From contig JBGCFM010000100.1 of assembly GCA_045106895.1 (NCBI GenBank), forward strand, positions 42,852-106,851: a stretch of DNA of 64,000 nt, given 5' to 3'. Source of the DNA: Polyangiales bacterium (GTDB lineage Bacteria > Myxococcota_A > Polyangia > Polyangiales > Houyiibacteriaceae). The position numbers and the translations under genes are program-made. Shown one piece after another: positions 1 through 11,056 of the stretch; position 1 is the stretch's first letter, and every line of letters starts with the position of its first letter. The notes beneath the pieces were generated by a model that ran no database searches, was not told the DNA's origin, and saw only the letters and a program-made list of their open reading frames with translations.

Positions 1-917
1 GCTCGATTCCTTATATCAACAACTCGTTCTTCTTGCTCTCGATGCGCCTTGAACGAAGCGTTCGCCTCACCTTCGCTCACTTCCAGGTGCCGATCGGTCC
101 CAACGGTCATTACTTCGCCCTCAACAGCGGCGGTGGAAACCTCTCGGCGCAGGTCATCGTCTCGGCGGCAAAGCAGCCCCTCCTCAACCCTGCGTTCCTC
201 CTAACGAACGCCTTCGAGCAGGGCAACGGTGCTGCTCTTGAGCTTGGTGGCCCCCTCACTAGCGATGGCTTCCTGACCTACCGCGCCTTCGTCGCGGGTG
301 GTTCAGGCCGAAGCAACGGCAACGTCGGTGGCCGCTTCTTCCCCGGCGAGAACGAGAACTTCACGTACACCGGTGGTGCTGCCGTGACCTTCAACTTCAT
401 CGGTCACTTCAACCGCCTCGACTCGCCGATGCTCTACACGAAGGCGCCTCTGGCTCTCGCCGTGTCCCTTGGCGGCAAGTACGACCAGCGAGCAACGGAA
501 CGCTACCCAGCCGGTCACGCGATGCTCCACTTCTCGCACTCGTTCTTCCTGCTTCGTGCCGAAAACTACTTCAAGTACACCCTCGACTTCGGTGGGTCCG
601 TGCAGAACGCGTTCTTGGTTCAGACCTCGATTCTCCTTTGGCCCAAGCACATTCTCCTCGCCGCCGACTTCGGTATGTACAGCGCCGGTGCATTCTCGGA
701 CCTTCCTGGAAGCAGCGACCAGGACCAGCCACTCAACGAGCTTCAAGGTCGCGTTGCGCTTCACTGGTACTGGTACCGCAACATCGGCACGCTTTCCCTG
801 CTCTACACGCATCACCGGGTACAGGGCGAGTTGCTCAACCCGATGGATCTCGAAGGCGACCGCGTGGACACCGAAGTTGAGCAGAGCATCCAGCTCGAGG
901 CTCAGTTCCGCTTCTGA
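1..917 (+). CDS. Putative outer-membrane beta-barrel/porin-like protein (5' end lies before the window)
   Basis: The frame is open from the window start. It has alternating aromatic/hydrophobic beta-strand patterns and ends in ...LEAQFRF (C-terminal Phe, typical BAM signal). The stop overlaps the next ATG (TGATG). Confidence 0.55.
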   Translation, partial: SIPYINNSFFLLSMRLERSVRLTFAHFQVPIGPNGHYFALNSGGGNLSAQVIVSAAKQPLLNPAFLLTNAFEQGNGAALELGGPLTSDGFLTYRAFVAGGSGRSNGNVGGRFFPGENENFTYTGGAAVTFNFIGHFNRLDSPMLYTKAPLALAVSLGGKYDQRATERYPAGHAMLHFSHSFFLLRAENYFKYTLDFGGSVQNAFLVQTSILLWPKHILLAADFGMYSAGAFSDLPGSSDQDQPLNELQGRVALHWYWYRNIGTLSLLYTHHRVQGELLNPMDLEGDRVDTEVEQSIQLEAQFRF

Positions 918-1570
918 TGGTCGCTCGCTTCACACCTTGGTGTGCAGCATCCCTGGCGCTCGTTCTGAGCGCCGGCGCCTTGAGCGCCTGCGGCCCAAGT
1001 ATCCCCGCGCGCTTCGTCCTTGAACGCGACGTCGGGGACTTTCAGTACAGACGTTACCAAGAAGTGTTGGACGTTGAGTTTCCCATCGAGGGGAACACCG
1101 CGAATGGCCACACGGCCACCTACCTTCGTCGTGGTACCCGCGAGGACGGCGCCGACCTTCGCGTCGCGACGGCGTTCGTGACGGTCTACGCCAAGGCACC
1201 ATCCCTGGCGGCGGAGATACGCCAACGTTTGGAGACCCTTCACAGCTACGAGCTTGCGGTGCGCCGAGTCAACGGCGAATGGGTCTGGGTTCTCGATGGC
1301 GGGGACATCCCATGGGTGATGTGGGTAAGCGGACGTCACCTCATCAAACTCGGCGGCTCTCCCGAGGAGGTCGACGACGAAGACAGCGACACCGAGTTCG
1401 GCATCCCGGATGACATCCTTGATGCATACACAGACCTCTTCTCCAGCGACCTCAACGAACACGGCCAAGCACGCGAAGGCAGCCCCAGCTTTGGTGCCTC
1501 CAGCGCTGAGCTTGAAGATAGCGAAGAGCTTGAGATCCCGGCATCCCTTCGAGACGACGCGCCGATCTGA
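917..1570 (+). CDS. Hypothetical lipoprotein
   Basis: Signal peptide with lipobox LSAC and an acidic C-terminus. Translationally coupled to both neighbours by TGATG overlaps. Confidence 0.7.
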   Translation: MVARFTPWCAASLALVLSAGALSACGPSIPARFVLERDVGDFQYRRYQEVLDVEFPIEGNTANGHTATYLRRGTREDGADLRVATAFVTVYAKAPSLAAEIRQRLETLHSYELAVRRVNGEWVWVLDGGDIPWVMWVSGRHLIKLGGSPEEVDDEDSDTEFGIPDDILDAYTDLFSSDLNEHGQAREGSPSFGASSAELEDSEELEIPASLRDDAPI

Positions 1571-2685
1571 TGTCGTCCGCAAGAAACGATGAGATTCTGG
1601 CACGCCTGCGCCCCGAACTCTCGACGCTGAAGGCATACGCGGTTCCGAAAGACGTGCCGGCGATCAAGCTCGACGCCAACGAGAGCCCCTTTGAGTTGCC
1701 CGCGGACGTGCGGCGAGAGCTCGGCGAGGTCGTCGCTGCATGCTCCCTCAACCGCTACCCGGACGGCAGCACCGGTGCGCTGCGGGAAGCGCTCGCCAGC
1801 CATCTCGGACGCGGGTCTAGTCCCCTCGACGCGGAACGCATCCTCCTAGGCGTCGGCTCCGACGAGGTCATCACCATGCTGATGAACGCGCTGTCGACGC
1901 CCGGCTCCAAGGGCACGCCAGCCAGCGTCGTGTTCCCTTCGCCGACCTTCGTGATGTATGACGTAAGTGCTCGCTCTCATGGGCTGCGACCACTTCCGGT
2001 TCCCATGGACGCGCAGTTTCATTTCGACGAAGCAGCGTTCGCAGCCGCGCTTTCTCGTGAGCCAGTCCTGGCCTTCTACGCCACACCGAACAACCCGACG
2101 GGCCGCCCCATCGATGATGCCGTGCTCCGCCGGCTCATCGAGGCGTTTCCGCGAACGCTGCATATCATCGATGAAGCCTACGGGCCCTTCGAGCGCGGCC
2201 CGGACGAACAGGCCAAGACCCGCCGCATGTGGGCCGATGAGTACCCGAACGTCGCGGTCATGGGCACCCTATCCAAAGTCGGACTCGCGGGGCTTCGTAT
2301 CGGCCACCTCTACGCGAGCGCGGCGCTCATCGACGAGCTGCAAAAGGTGCGGCAGCCATTCAACCTCAACGCTCCGGCTCAAGTCATCGCTACGCATCTA
2401 CTGACCCGGCATGCCCCGCTCCTTGAGTCCCACGTACGCGGCATCGTTCTCGAGCGCGAGCGTATGTTCAACGCTCTTTCCGCACGCGATCCGATTCCAT
2501 CGATGGCGAACTTTCATCTTGTTCGAATGAGCGCAGAAGTCGGCCGAAGTCTGCGGGCGGGCGGCATCGGCGTTCGTATTTTCCGCGACAAAGCGCTCGA
2601 AGGCTGGGCACGCGTCACCGTGGGGACTCGCGCCGAGAACGACGCACTCCTCGCCGCGCTAAGCGGCGAGCCGTCTACCGCGTAA
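1570..2685 (+). CDS. hisC: Histidinol-phosphate aminotransferase
   Basis: IKLDANESP, NRYPD, GSDEVI, PNNPTG, DEAY, TLSKVGLAGLRIG (PLP lysine) and RVTVG motifs. Confidence 0.92.
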   Translation: MSSARNDEILARLRPELSTLKAYAVPKDVPAIKLDANESPFELPADVRRELGEVVAACSLNRYPDGSTGALREALASHLGRGSSPLDAERILLGVGSDEVITMLMNALSTPGSKGTPASVVFPSPTFVMYDVSARSHGLRPLPVPMDAQFHFDEAAFAAALSREPVLAFYATPNNPTGRPIDDAVLRRLIEAFPRTLHIIDEAYGPFERGPDEQAKTRRMWADEYPNVAVMGTLSKVGLAGLRIGHLYASAALIDELQKVRQPFNLNAPAQVIATHLLTRHAPLLESHVRGIVLERERMFNALSARDPIPSMANFHLVRMSAEVGRSLRAGGIGVRIFRDKALEGWARVTVGTRAENDALLAALSGEPSTA

Positions 2686-2687
2686 TC

Positions 2688-4376
2688 TTACTGACCGTCG
2701 TCGGTCTTTGGGTCCCGCCCGGCGCCAGGGCCGCCGAGAATTTCGCGCGCGTCTGACGCCGAGGGCGTAGACGCTGCTTTCGTCTCTGAAGCGTTCGGAA
2801 GCAGTATCGGCATATGACTCTCTCGAGGAAGGTCACCGAACCATGCAAAGAACACCTTGAGCGCGTCTTTTCGCTCGGGCGTGAGGAAGTCGAAGTTCAC
2901 GCCGCGGTCCGAGATCTCCCAGAACTCGTCCGTCATGACGTTGAGGAGCTCGTCGCGGATGCTTGCGAGTCGGTCTCGGCGTTCACCCTCCATGTCCCGA
3001 AAGATCTCTCGAGCCAGGTCTTCGGCGTCGTTCACAAGGTAGTGGGTCGCGAGTTTGAGCTGCGCTTTTCGTACGCCACGGAGGCTCACCTCCTGGACTT
3101 CACCCTCGGACTCCTTGTCGACCTCCAGGAAGATACGCAGAAGCTCCCTCGATGCCTCGGACTCTTCGTTGAAGGCGATCTCATTGAGTTCGCAAAGGTC
3201 GTAGGCGACTGTCTCCAAGAGAAACGGCAACTTGGCGCCGAAGCTGGTGAGTCCGTAGTACTTAAAGTAGCGAGCGATCTCGATGCTCTGAGCGCCACCG
3301 TTGTGGTGTAGGACGCTCTCTGCCATCAGGCGGTACTGGTGCAGGACGTTGTAAGCGGTTCGCACGTCGCGCGCGTTGACCGTGGCGCGCAGGTAAGTGT
3401 TGAAGAACTTCACCACGAGCGCGAAGAGCTCTTCGTTGCCGACACGCACGGCCTCTTCAGCGATGTGCCGGGTGTTGATGGCGATGAGGTAGTTGATGTC
3501 CCTCATTCGGTTGAGCGCATCGTTGTAGATGGTCTGGTACTTGCGCAGCACCTTCATCTCGAACCACACGCGGCTCTTGCTCACTTCGCGGAGGACTTGC
3601 TCACTCATGGAGACGAAGTCCGGGTTCTGTGCAAGCGCGCCATCCACCCGGAACCACTCCTTGGCGAGTCCGCTGCGAACCGGCTGGTAGTCGATGACCA
3701 TGTTCATAAGCGCGTTCACACTCGCCATCGACACGCCCTTGTCCTTGTGCTCCATGGCGTTCAAGCCGACGTCGGCGAGCTGCTCAACGCCGCGTACCGC
3801 TTCCGCCTGACGCGCTTTGACCGGCATCTGACGCTTTCGGCCGACGACCTTGAGCGTGTGACGGCGAATGCGATCCACGATCTGAATGGGATTGAGGAAA
3901 TCGAAGACGAACGCGAAGTAGGGCAGCAAGAGCAGCAGACAGACGCCGAGCATGCTCATGGACACGGTCACGCCGAGGTATGGAACGAAGCCAGTCCCGC
4001 CGGGCCCGGTGTCGAAGACGAGGCTCACGGCGATAGCCTGCAGCGCCGTCACGACGAAGAAACCCATCACGAAGAAGTTAACGGGCTCCGAGACGAAGAG
4101 CTCGGTGACGCGGTGCGTATAGCGATTCGACGCAAGCTCCACGATAATGGCGACAACGGTGATGGCGATGCCAAGAACCGCCGCGACAATTTCGCCCGCG
4201 TTGGCCATCGTCATGGCCGCCGCCTCGGGGTTCGGGTTTACCAGCAGAGAGAGGTTGCTGAGCACTCCGCCTGAGTCGACCCAGAAGCAGAGGACGAAAA
4301 TCGCGACCGCGCCCCCAAAAAGGAGGCTGAAGGGCAACAACCAAATGCGAAAGGACCTGTCGCTCCCGTGAGCCAT
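2688..4376 (-). CDS. DUF2254-like integral membrane protein with a C-terminal helical domain
   Basis: Four N-terminal TM helices including IIVELASNRYTHR (DUF2254-like LASxxYSPR), followed by a long soluble alpha-helical region. Confidence 0.6.
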   Translation of the reverse strand: MAHGSDRSFRIWLLPFSLLFGGAVAIFVLCFWVDSGGVLSNLSLLVNPNPEAAAMTMANAGEIVAAVLGIAITVVAIIVELASNRYTHRVTELFVSEPVNFFVMGFFVVTALQAIAVSLVFDTGPGGTGFVPYLGVTVSMSMLGVCLLLLLPYFAFVFDFLNPIQIVDRIRRHTLKVVGRKRQMPVKARQAEAVRGVEQLADVGLNAMEHKDKGVSMASVNALMNMVIDYQPVRSGLAKEWFRVDGALAQNPDFVSMSEQVLREVSKSRVWFEMKVLRKYQTIYNDALNRMRDINYLIAINTRHIAEEAVRVGNEELFALVVKFFNTYLRATVNARDVRTAYNVLHQYRLMAESVLHHNGGAQSIEIARYFKYYGLTSFGAKLPFLLETVAYDLCELNEIAFNEESEASRELLRIFLEVDKESEGEVQEVSLRGVRKAQLKLATHYLVNDAEDLAREIFRDMEGERRDRLASIRDELLNVMTDEFWEISDRGVNFDFLTPERKDALKVFFAWFGDLPRESHMPILLPNASETKAASTPSASDAREILGGPGAGRDPKTDDGQ

Positions 4377-4458
4377 GGGGCAGCATACCCTTGCGGGCTG
4401 GACCGTGGCACCCTAAAGCGGCCCCTCCCACAAACCGCCCTTTTCTATTCAGGCCGCC

Positions 4459-5415
4459 ATGAGCGTTTCCACCACCGATACTCAACCTAGCGAAGTTCCG
4501 CAGCCCGTCAGCCCAGAAGCTGCGCGGGTCGCCGCCGCATGGATTGCGAGCGTGGGCGCCGACCCGGAGCTTCTGGCTTCACCGCCGCCAAAGCCAACGC
4601 CCGCCGAGTGGCGCGCCTTGCCCGTGGAGGAACTTCGTCCGCACCTCGACGCGATGCTCACTTCCAAGAACCCCGAGCCAGGCCTAGACGCTTGCGCGGA
4701 ATGTGGGGTTCTCGATGTGTGGATGCCGGAGGTCGCGAAGATGATCGGCTTTGGCGACGGTGAATGGCGCCACAAGGACGTGTGGAAGCACACAAAGCAG
4801 GTCGTCAAACAATCCGTTCCTCGACTCGAGGTCCGCTGGGGCGCTCTCCTTCACGACATTGGTAAGCCGCGCACGCGAAAGATCGATGCAAAGGGGCGCG
4901 TGACCTTTCACGGACACGCCGAGCTTGGTGCGCGCATGTACCGCCGCAAGATGGAGTCGCGCCTTCGCTTCGAGGAGCAGCTCAGTGAGCGGATCCACTT
5001 TCTAATTCTCCACCACCTGCGCCCGAGCCAATACGCCGACGACTGGACGGACGCGGCGGTCCGTCGCTTCTATAAGCAGATGGGAGATGGTCTCAAAGAT
5101 CTCTTGGACCTATCGCGCGCAGACATCACGACGAAGCGACCCGAGAAACGAAAGCGTGGCGTGCACAACATCCACGCTCTTGGTCAGCGCATCGCCGGGA
5201 TCCGTGATGAAGACGAGAAGCCCAAGGCCCTTCCGAAAGGTCTCGGTCAGCACATCATCAAGCGTTTTGACGTTCCTCCGAGCAAACGCCTGGGCAACCT
5301 CATCAAGAAGCTGCAATCGGACGTGGACGAAGGCCTTGTCGAAGCGGGTCTCGAGTTCGAGGACTACCTCACGTATCTCGACGGCAACCGGGCGCGCTTC
5401 GACATCGACGCCTAA
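4459..5415 (+). CDS. HD-domain protein resembling the C-terminal half of a CCA-adding enzyme, without the nucleotidyltransferase head
   Basis: HKDVWKHT, LLHDIGKP, FHGHAELGA, HHLRP and ADIT motifs, preceded by a PolyA_pol RNA-binding-like segment. No GGxVRD/DxD head domain. Confidence 0.8.
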   Translation: MSVSTTDTQPSEVPQPVSPEAARVAAAWIASVGADPELLASPPPKPTPAEWRALPVEELRPHLDAMLTSKNPEPGLDACAECGVLDVWMPEVAKMIGFGDGEWRHKDVWKHTKQVVKQSVPRLEVRWGALLHDIGKPRTRKIDAKGRVTFHGHAELGARMYRRKMESRLRFEEQLSERIHFLILHHLRPSQYADDWTDAAVRRFYKQMGDGLKDLLDLSRADITTKRPEKRKRGVHNIHALGQRIAGIRDEDEKPKALPKGLGQHIIKRFDVPPSKRLGNLIKKLQSDVDEGLVEAGLEFEDYLTYLDGNRARFDIDA

Positions 5416-5418
5416 GCG

Positions 5419-6759
5419 TTACTCCGAGGCGATGACGACATTGCCGTGAGCATGCACGGGAGCGCCTTCCCCGCTCTCGACGACACACACAGAGAAGAGG
5501 GCTCGCGTGGGCTCGTCCACCAAGAACGCCTGGGACGTGCCCGATATCGTCACGCCCGCGAGGTCGAGGCGGGCGCCGCTCACGCTCAATGCGACGCTGC
5601 CGCGAATCGAGCCCCCCGTCGCGCGCAACACTCCGCCGACAAGGACTACGCCGATGCCGCTTCCTGCGTCGACCTCGACATTCTCCATCGTGACGTTCGA
5701 CTCATCGACGAGAAGCTCCCGGATACGCGCATTTCGAATCTGCGCCCCTTCGCATCCGCGTAGCTCCACGCGGCCGTATTCCCCCTCAAGCTCCACGCCG
5801 TCCTCACCATCGCAGGTGTAGTCACCACGCCTCTCAAACGCGTCCGGAGACGCCGTCGAGGATCCGCCAAAATGAGCGCTCACGGCTTCAACAAAACGTT
5901 CCGGCGCATCGGACATCGGAACGTGAGCGACACCTTCAAGAAGGTGCAGCGGCGTGCGGAGCCGACCTTCCAGAACGTGCGCCGTACGAAGCGGCGCGAT
6001 GCGATCATTCTCTCCCCAAAGCAAAAGCGTCGGCGCCTGAATGTTGGAAAGCGCCGGCCCGACGTCGGTCACAATGAGTGAGAGTGCGGCAATCTTTCCG
6101 GGGTCGTCGCCGAGAATCACCGAGCGCATGCGCGGCCCAGCAATGATCATTTCCGGGTCGGGCTCGACGGAACGCCCGATCGACAAGAACGTCTCCATCA
6201 TACCCACGGGCATGGCGGTACCACCCTGCGCACGTAGCGGATCGATAAACTGAGATGCCGCCCAAGCCTCGCGGTGGAGTACGCCGGCAACGTCCACGAG
6301 GGCGAGGCGGGAGACGAGCTGTGGGTGGCGGCCCGCGATGAGTGCGGCGATGGCTCCGCCCATCGAATGACCCAAGAGAAATACGGGGCGCCCTCCGAAC
6401 TCACGCGTCATGAAGCGCGCGATATCGTCGGCGTAGTCCGACGGGTGAAACGAATGCTCCGCCGCATCGGAGGCGCCGAAGCCCGGCAGGTCGAGGGCCA
6501 GTACGTAGAAGTTCTGCGACAAGGTTTCTGCGACGCCCTCAAAGTCCGACGAGGCGTTTTCGCCGAGGCCATGAATCATCAGGAGCGCAGGCGACGACGC
6601 ATCCCCCCATCGGCGAACGTTGAGCGTCCCGCCGTACGGCGCTCCCGGGTCACGTTGAGCGCTCTGGGGAAACGTGGTGGTCGGCGGCCGCGGTACGCTC
6701 CCGCAGGCGCTGCTGGCTAGAACGAGAAAGCACCAAGCGGATGGGGAAAGGCGAGTCAT
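5419..6759 (-). CDS. Alpha/beta hydrolase lipoprotein with a C-terminal beta-helix-like domain
   Basis: Lipobox SSAC, HGLG oxyanion motif, GHSMGG nucleophile elbow, WGENDRI (Asp) and AHVP (His). The C-terminus is repetitive and beta-rich. Start placed at MTRLSP (6759); the ORF track starts at 6783. Confidence 0.75.
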   Translation of the reverse strand: MTRLSPSAWCFLVLASSACGSVPRPPTTTFPQSAQRDPGAPYGGTLNVRRWGDASSPALLMIHGLGENASSDFEGVAETLSQNFYVLALDLPGFGASDAAEHSFHPSDYADDIARFMTREFGGRPVFLLGHSMGGAIAALIAGRHPQLVSRLALVDVAGVLHREAWAASQFIDPLRAQGGTAMPVGMMETFLSIGRSVEPDPEMIIAGPRMRSVILGDDPGKIAALSLIVTDVGPALSNIQAPTLLLWGENDRIAPLRTAHVLEGRLRTPLHLLEGVAHVPMSDAPERFVEAVSAHFGGSSTASPDAFERRGDYTCDGEDGVELEGEYGRVELRGCEGAQIRNARIRELLVDESNVTMENVEVDAGSGIGVVLVGGVLRATGGSIRGSVALSVSGARLDLAGVTISGTSQAFLVDEPTRALFSVCVVESGEGAPVHAHGNVVIASE

Positions 6760-6833
6760 CGACGTCGTTGTACCTCGCCCCAAAGCGCATGCGCCAGCTC
6801 GTTTGCTAGGTGTCGTTTGGGGCCGCCTCGCGG

Positions 6834-9518
6834 CTACTCGCTCCGAAAGAGCACAGAGCTCGTTCCAACAGCGCCGCGATCGACGACGAGGTGCTGCCAG
6901 GCGTTGTCGACGCGAACATCTCGCACATGCGTGCCGAACTGGCGGACGAGGTAATGAGAGAGCTCGCCAGCTGTAAGCAAACCGTCGCGCGGCGCCATAT
7001 CCGCTTCGCCGGCGATGCCTGTTCGCAAGAAGTGACTGAGGTAGCCGCCGGCTTGAAACTGGCCCGCAACCGATGAGAGGACGTCCTCTTCAGATGAGAA
7101 AAGACCCATGCGGCCGGGGCGCGTGATCACGTCTTTGGCGAACCCGCCGGAGAAGCAGGCGTCGAGGGCGATGAGGCCAAGGCCCTGGATACTGTCGAAC
7201 ATCTCCGCCATGCGGTCGTCCACCATGGGGCCGTCGTAGAGAACCAGGGTCTCGTCCGTGCCGTCGATTTCACGGGGGTCCTGGCTGCCGTGCTGCTGTC
7301 CGCCGTGACCCGAGTAGAAGAAAATGAAAGTGTCGTTGGGCTGTACGCGCGCGGCCATCTGCTGGAACGCCTGTGTGAGTGCGGCGTTCGTCACTTGGCC
7401 GTCGGTGAGAACGATCTGATTGGCCTCCGGCATGTGATCGGCTTCCCGTAGAGACTGCGCGAGCTTGATCGCGTCGTTCGCGCATTCCGGCAGGTCGCCG
7501 CCTCCGGGATAGTCGCTGATGCCAGCGAAGATGCCGTAGACGTTTCCGCTCCCGCCGGTGGGCGCGCCGCTAGGACGCGGCCCAGGCAGGTTGTTGCCAC
7601 TGCGCAGCTCGTAGGAGCCCGTCTCGCCGGGCTGGTAGCTGGTGACCATGACGGTGTAGGCCCCTGGCTCCGCAGCCGGGATATCGAGGCCAGAGTTGAA
7701 ATTTCCGGAGACGAGGTCGTCGTTGTCGAGCTGCTCGCCGGCTGGAGTACGAGCGATGAGGTAGGTATCAAAGTCCGAGGAGTTCAATCGGAGCTGAACG
7801 GCTTCGCCGGGCTCAAAGTTCATCGAGTAGCGGTCCACAAACTCGCCGCTCTCCAGCTGCGAGTCGCCGCTCGCCAGTGCTCCGCGAACGACTTCCCCGG
7901 CCGCCGCGTTTGTAGCGGACGCCGTGGTCGCCGTAGTCGCTGTGGCCGCCGTGGTCGCCGTGGTCGCCGTGGTCGCCGTAGTCGCCGTAGTCGCCGTCGT
8001 TGTCGTGGGTGCCTCCGTCGACGCTTCCGCGTCTCCCCCCTGAATACGGAGTTCGTATTCGCCAACCTCCCCCGGCTGGTACGAGGTCACCGCCACCTGG
8101 TAACGCCCGCCGGCGGCGGCGACGAAGTCGAGGGCGGCGTTGGTATCGCCAGACCGCCGGTCATCGTTCTGCTCGGACTCTCCGCTCGGGCTTCGTACAA
8201 TTAGGTACGTGTCGAACGCGCTGCTGTTCGCCTCAAGGCGGACGTGGGCCCCAGCAGAAAGGTCCAAAGGGAAGGTGTCCACGAACTCGCCGCTCTGCAG
8301 CTGGCGGTCGCCGTTTGCGAGGGCCCCGCGCTGCGTATTCCACCGGTCAGCACTCGTCGCCTCGACCGTCGAAGGTGCTCGCGACGCGGCGAAGAGCTTC
8401 AGCTCGTAGGCGCCGGTCATTCCCGGGCGGTACGTCGTCGCGAGGAGGCGGTAAGTTCCGCTGGTGGCGGCGGTAAAATCGAGCCGGGAGTTGAGCCCTT
8501 CAGCGTCGTCGTTCTCCCATAGCTGACCGCTCGGACCGACCACCATCACGTAGCTATCGAGAGCAGCGGATTCCATCTCCACCGTCAGCGCTTGGCCCGC
8601 CGTTGCGCGAAACGAGTAGAGGTCCGCGGACTCGTCTGTTGGGAGACGTGTGTCCGAAGCGTCGATCGTCCCCTCACGTCGCTCGCCAACATTGATCGGT
8701 GTCGCGCCCTCGGCCCCGGAAGCCGGCTGGTGGTGTTCGCGAGCAAGTGCGGGGTCCGGCGCACCTGCGTTGCTCTCCTCCGTCGCCGGAATGAACGAGA
8801 GTTGGTAACGCAGCGGCTGCTCGCTCGCTGCCGGCGCCACGACCTGAACGCGATGAAGTCCCTCCTCCGTAAGACGTGCTCGCCCCCCCTCGGAACGAAC
8901 GGCTCGACCCTGGGGGTCGAGGATCACCAAGTTTGGCGGGCCAGCTTCCGCCGACGCGATAAGCTCGTGGGGCTGCCCGCTTGGCACCTCGACGGAGAAC
9001 ACATCAAGTCGATTTCCGTCGTGCTCCGCGTCGCCGGGCTCGAAGGTGCCAACGGCCGACTGGCCGGAAGCAAGGCTAAAGCTCTCGGGCGAGGCTTCTT
9101 CCTGTGGCCGAGAGACGACGAGACGGTAGGCGCCTGTGGCTCCCGGCCCGTAGCTTCGCACGCTGATCTTAACGACGCCGGCGGCGGACGCGACCATCTC
9201 CACCAACGAACGGGTGCGGTCTCCTTGGTAGTCATCGTTCACCATCGGCGCCGATCCGGGTGGGGTGACTTCCAAGAACGGGTCGAATTCGTCCGACGTC
9301 AGCTCGATGGAAAGGGCGACGCCTTCCTCGACTTCGACTTCGTAATGGTCAACGAAGGCTTCGCCGACTTGCTGGTCACCCTCGCTGAGAGCACCAGCCT
9401 CCGAAAGCACCATACCGTCGGCGGATTCGCCGCCGCCGGAAGCGCCCTCCGAAGGCGATGCCGCAGGACCGCAAGCGCAGAGGAAAATCATCACAAGAAG
9501 GAAGGAGTGGAAGCGCAT
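6834..9518 (-). CDS. Caspase-family (peptidase C14) lipoprotein with about five pre-peptidase (PPC-like) domains
   Basis: Lipobox LCAC; repeated FDT/PYL...NDD...TSYxPGxxGxYxL units; C-terminal FFYSGHG (His) and ALDACFSG (Cys) dyad. Confidence 0.85.
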   Translation of the reverse strand: MRFHSFLLVMIFLCACGPAASPSEGASGGGESADGMVLSEAGALSEGDQQVGEAFVDHYEVEVEEGVALSIELTSDEFDPFLEVTPPGSAPMVNDDYQGDRTRSLVEMVASAAGVVKISVRSYGPGATGAYRLVVSRPQEEASPESFSLASGQSAVGTFEPGDAEHDGNRLDVFSVEVPSGQPHELIASAEAGPPNLVILDPQGRAVRSEGGRARLTEEGLHRVQVVAPAASEQPLRYQLSFIPATEESNAGAPDPALAREHHQPASGAEGATPINVGERREGTIDASDTRLPTDESADLYSFRATAGQALTVEMESAALDSYVMVVGPSGQLWENDDAEGLNSRLDFTAATSGTYRLLATTYRPGMTGAYELKLFAASRAPSTVEATSADRWNTQRGALANGDRQLQSGEFVDTFPLDLSAGAHVRLEANSSAFDTYLIVRSPSGESEQNDDRRSGDTNAALDFVAAAGGRYQVAVTSYQPGEVGEYELRIQGGDAEASTEAPTTTTATTATTATTATTATTAATATTATTASATNAAAGEVVRGALASGDSQLESGEFVDRYSMNFEPGEAVQLRLNSSDFDTYLIARTPAGEQLDNDDLVSGNFNSGLDIPAAEPGAYTVMVTSYQPGETGSYELRSGNNLPGPRPSGAPTGGSGNVYGIFAGISDYPGGGDLPECANDAIKLAQSLREADHMPEANQIVLTDGQVTNAALTQAFQQMAARVQPNDTFIFFYSGHGGQQHGSQDPREIDGTDETLVLYDGPMVDDRMAEMFDSIQGLGLIALDACFSGGFAKDVITRPGRMGLFSSEEDVLSSVAGQFQAGGYLSHFLRTGIAGEADMAPRDGLLTAGELSHYLVRQFGTHVRDVRVDNAWQHLVVDRGAVGTSSVLFRSE
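7921..8001. repeat. Nine copies of a 9-bp coding tandem repeat (GCCGTRGTC consensus) encoding the (Thr-Thr-Ala)n linker of the caspase
   Basis: Read directly: GCCGTGGTC GCCGTAGTC GCTGTGGCC (GCCGTGGTC)x3 (GCCGTAGTC)x2 GCCGTCGTT. Confidence 0.9.
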
Positions 9519-9590
9519 CGCCAGAGTGTACCTACTTCGGCGCCTTTCGAGCTAGCTTGGTGAGTCGCCCCCTCACTTGAAAACGCGCAT

Positions 9591-9622
9591 AAAAAAAGGG
9601 GACCGGCCACGCCAGTCCCCTC
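9591..9622 (-). terminator. Rho-independent terminator of ahcY
   Basis: On the minus strand, a GGGGAC...GTCCCC stem followed by a T7 run, about 20 bp after the ahcY stop. Confidence 0.85.
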
Positions 9623-9641
9623 TCCTTCGTATCGCCGCTGA

Positions 9642-11000
<1,359 letters not shown>

Positions 11001-11056
11001 GGGTTCTCCTGTCGTCGCGCTAAGCGCGAACGTTACTTTCGTTTTCTTCGGTCGTC

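Noticed and set aside
7921..8001. Possible CRISPR array or non-coding VNTR
   Set aside because: The 9-bp units have no spacers, lie in frame within a CDS as a Thr/Ala linker, and there are no cas genes.
11001..11056. SAH/SAM riboswitch upstream of ahcY
   Set aside because: Only 56 bp of intergenic sequence with no recognisable aptamer; the adjacent SahR-type protein explains the regulation.
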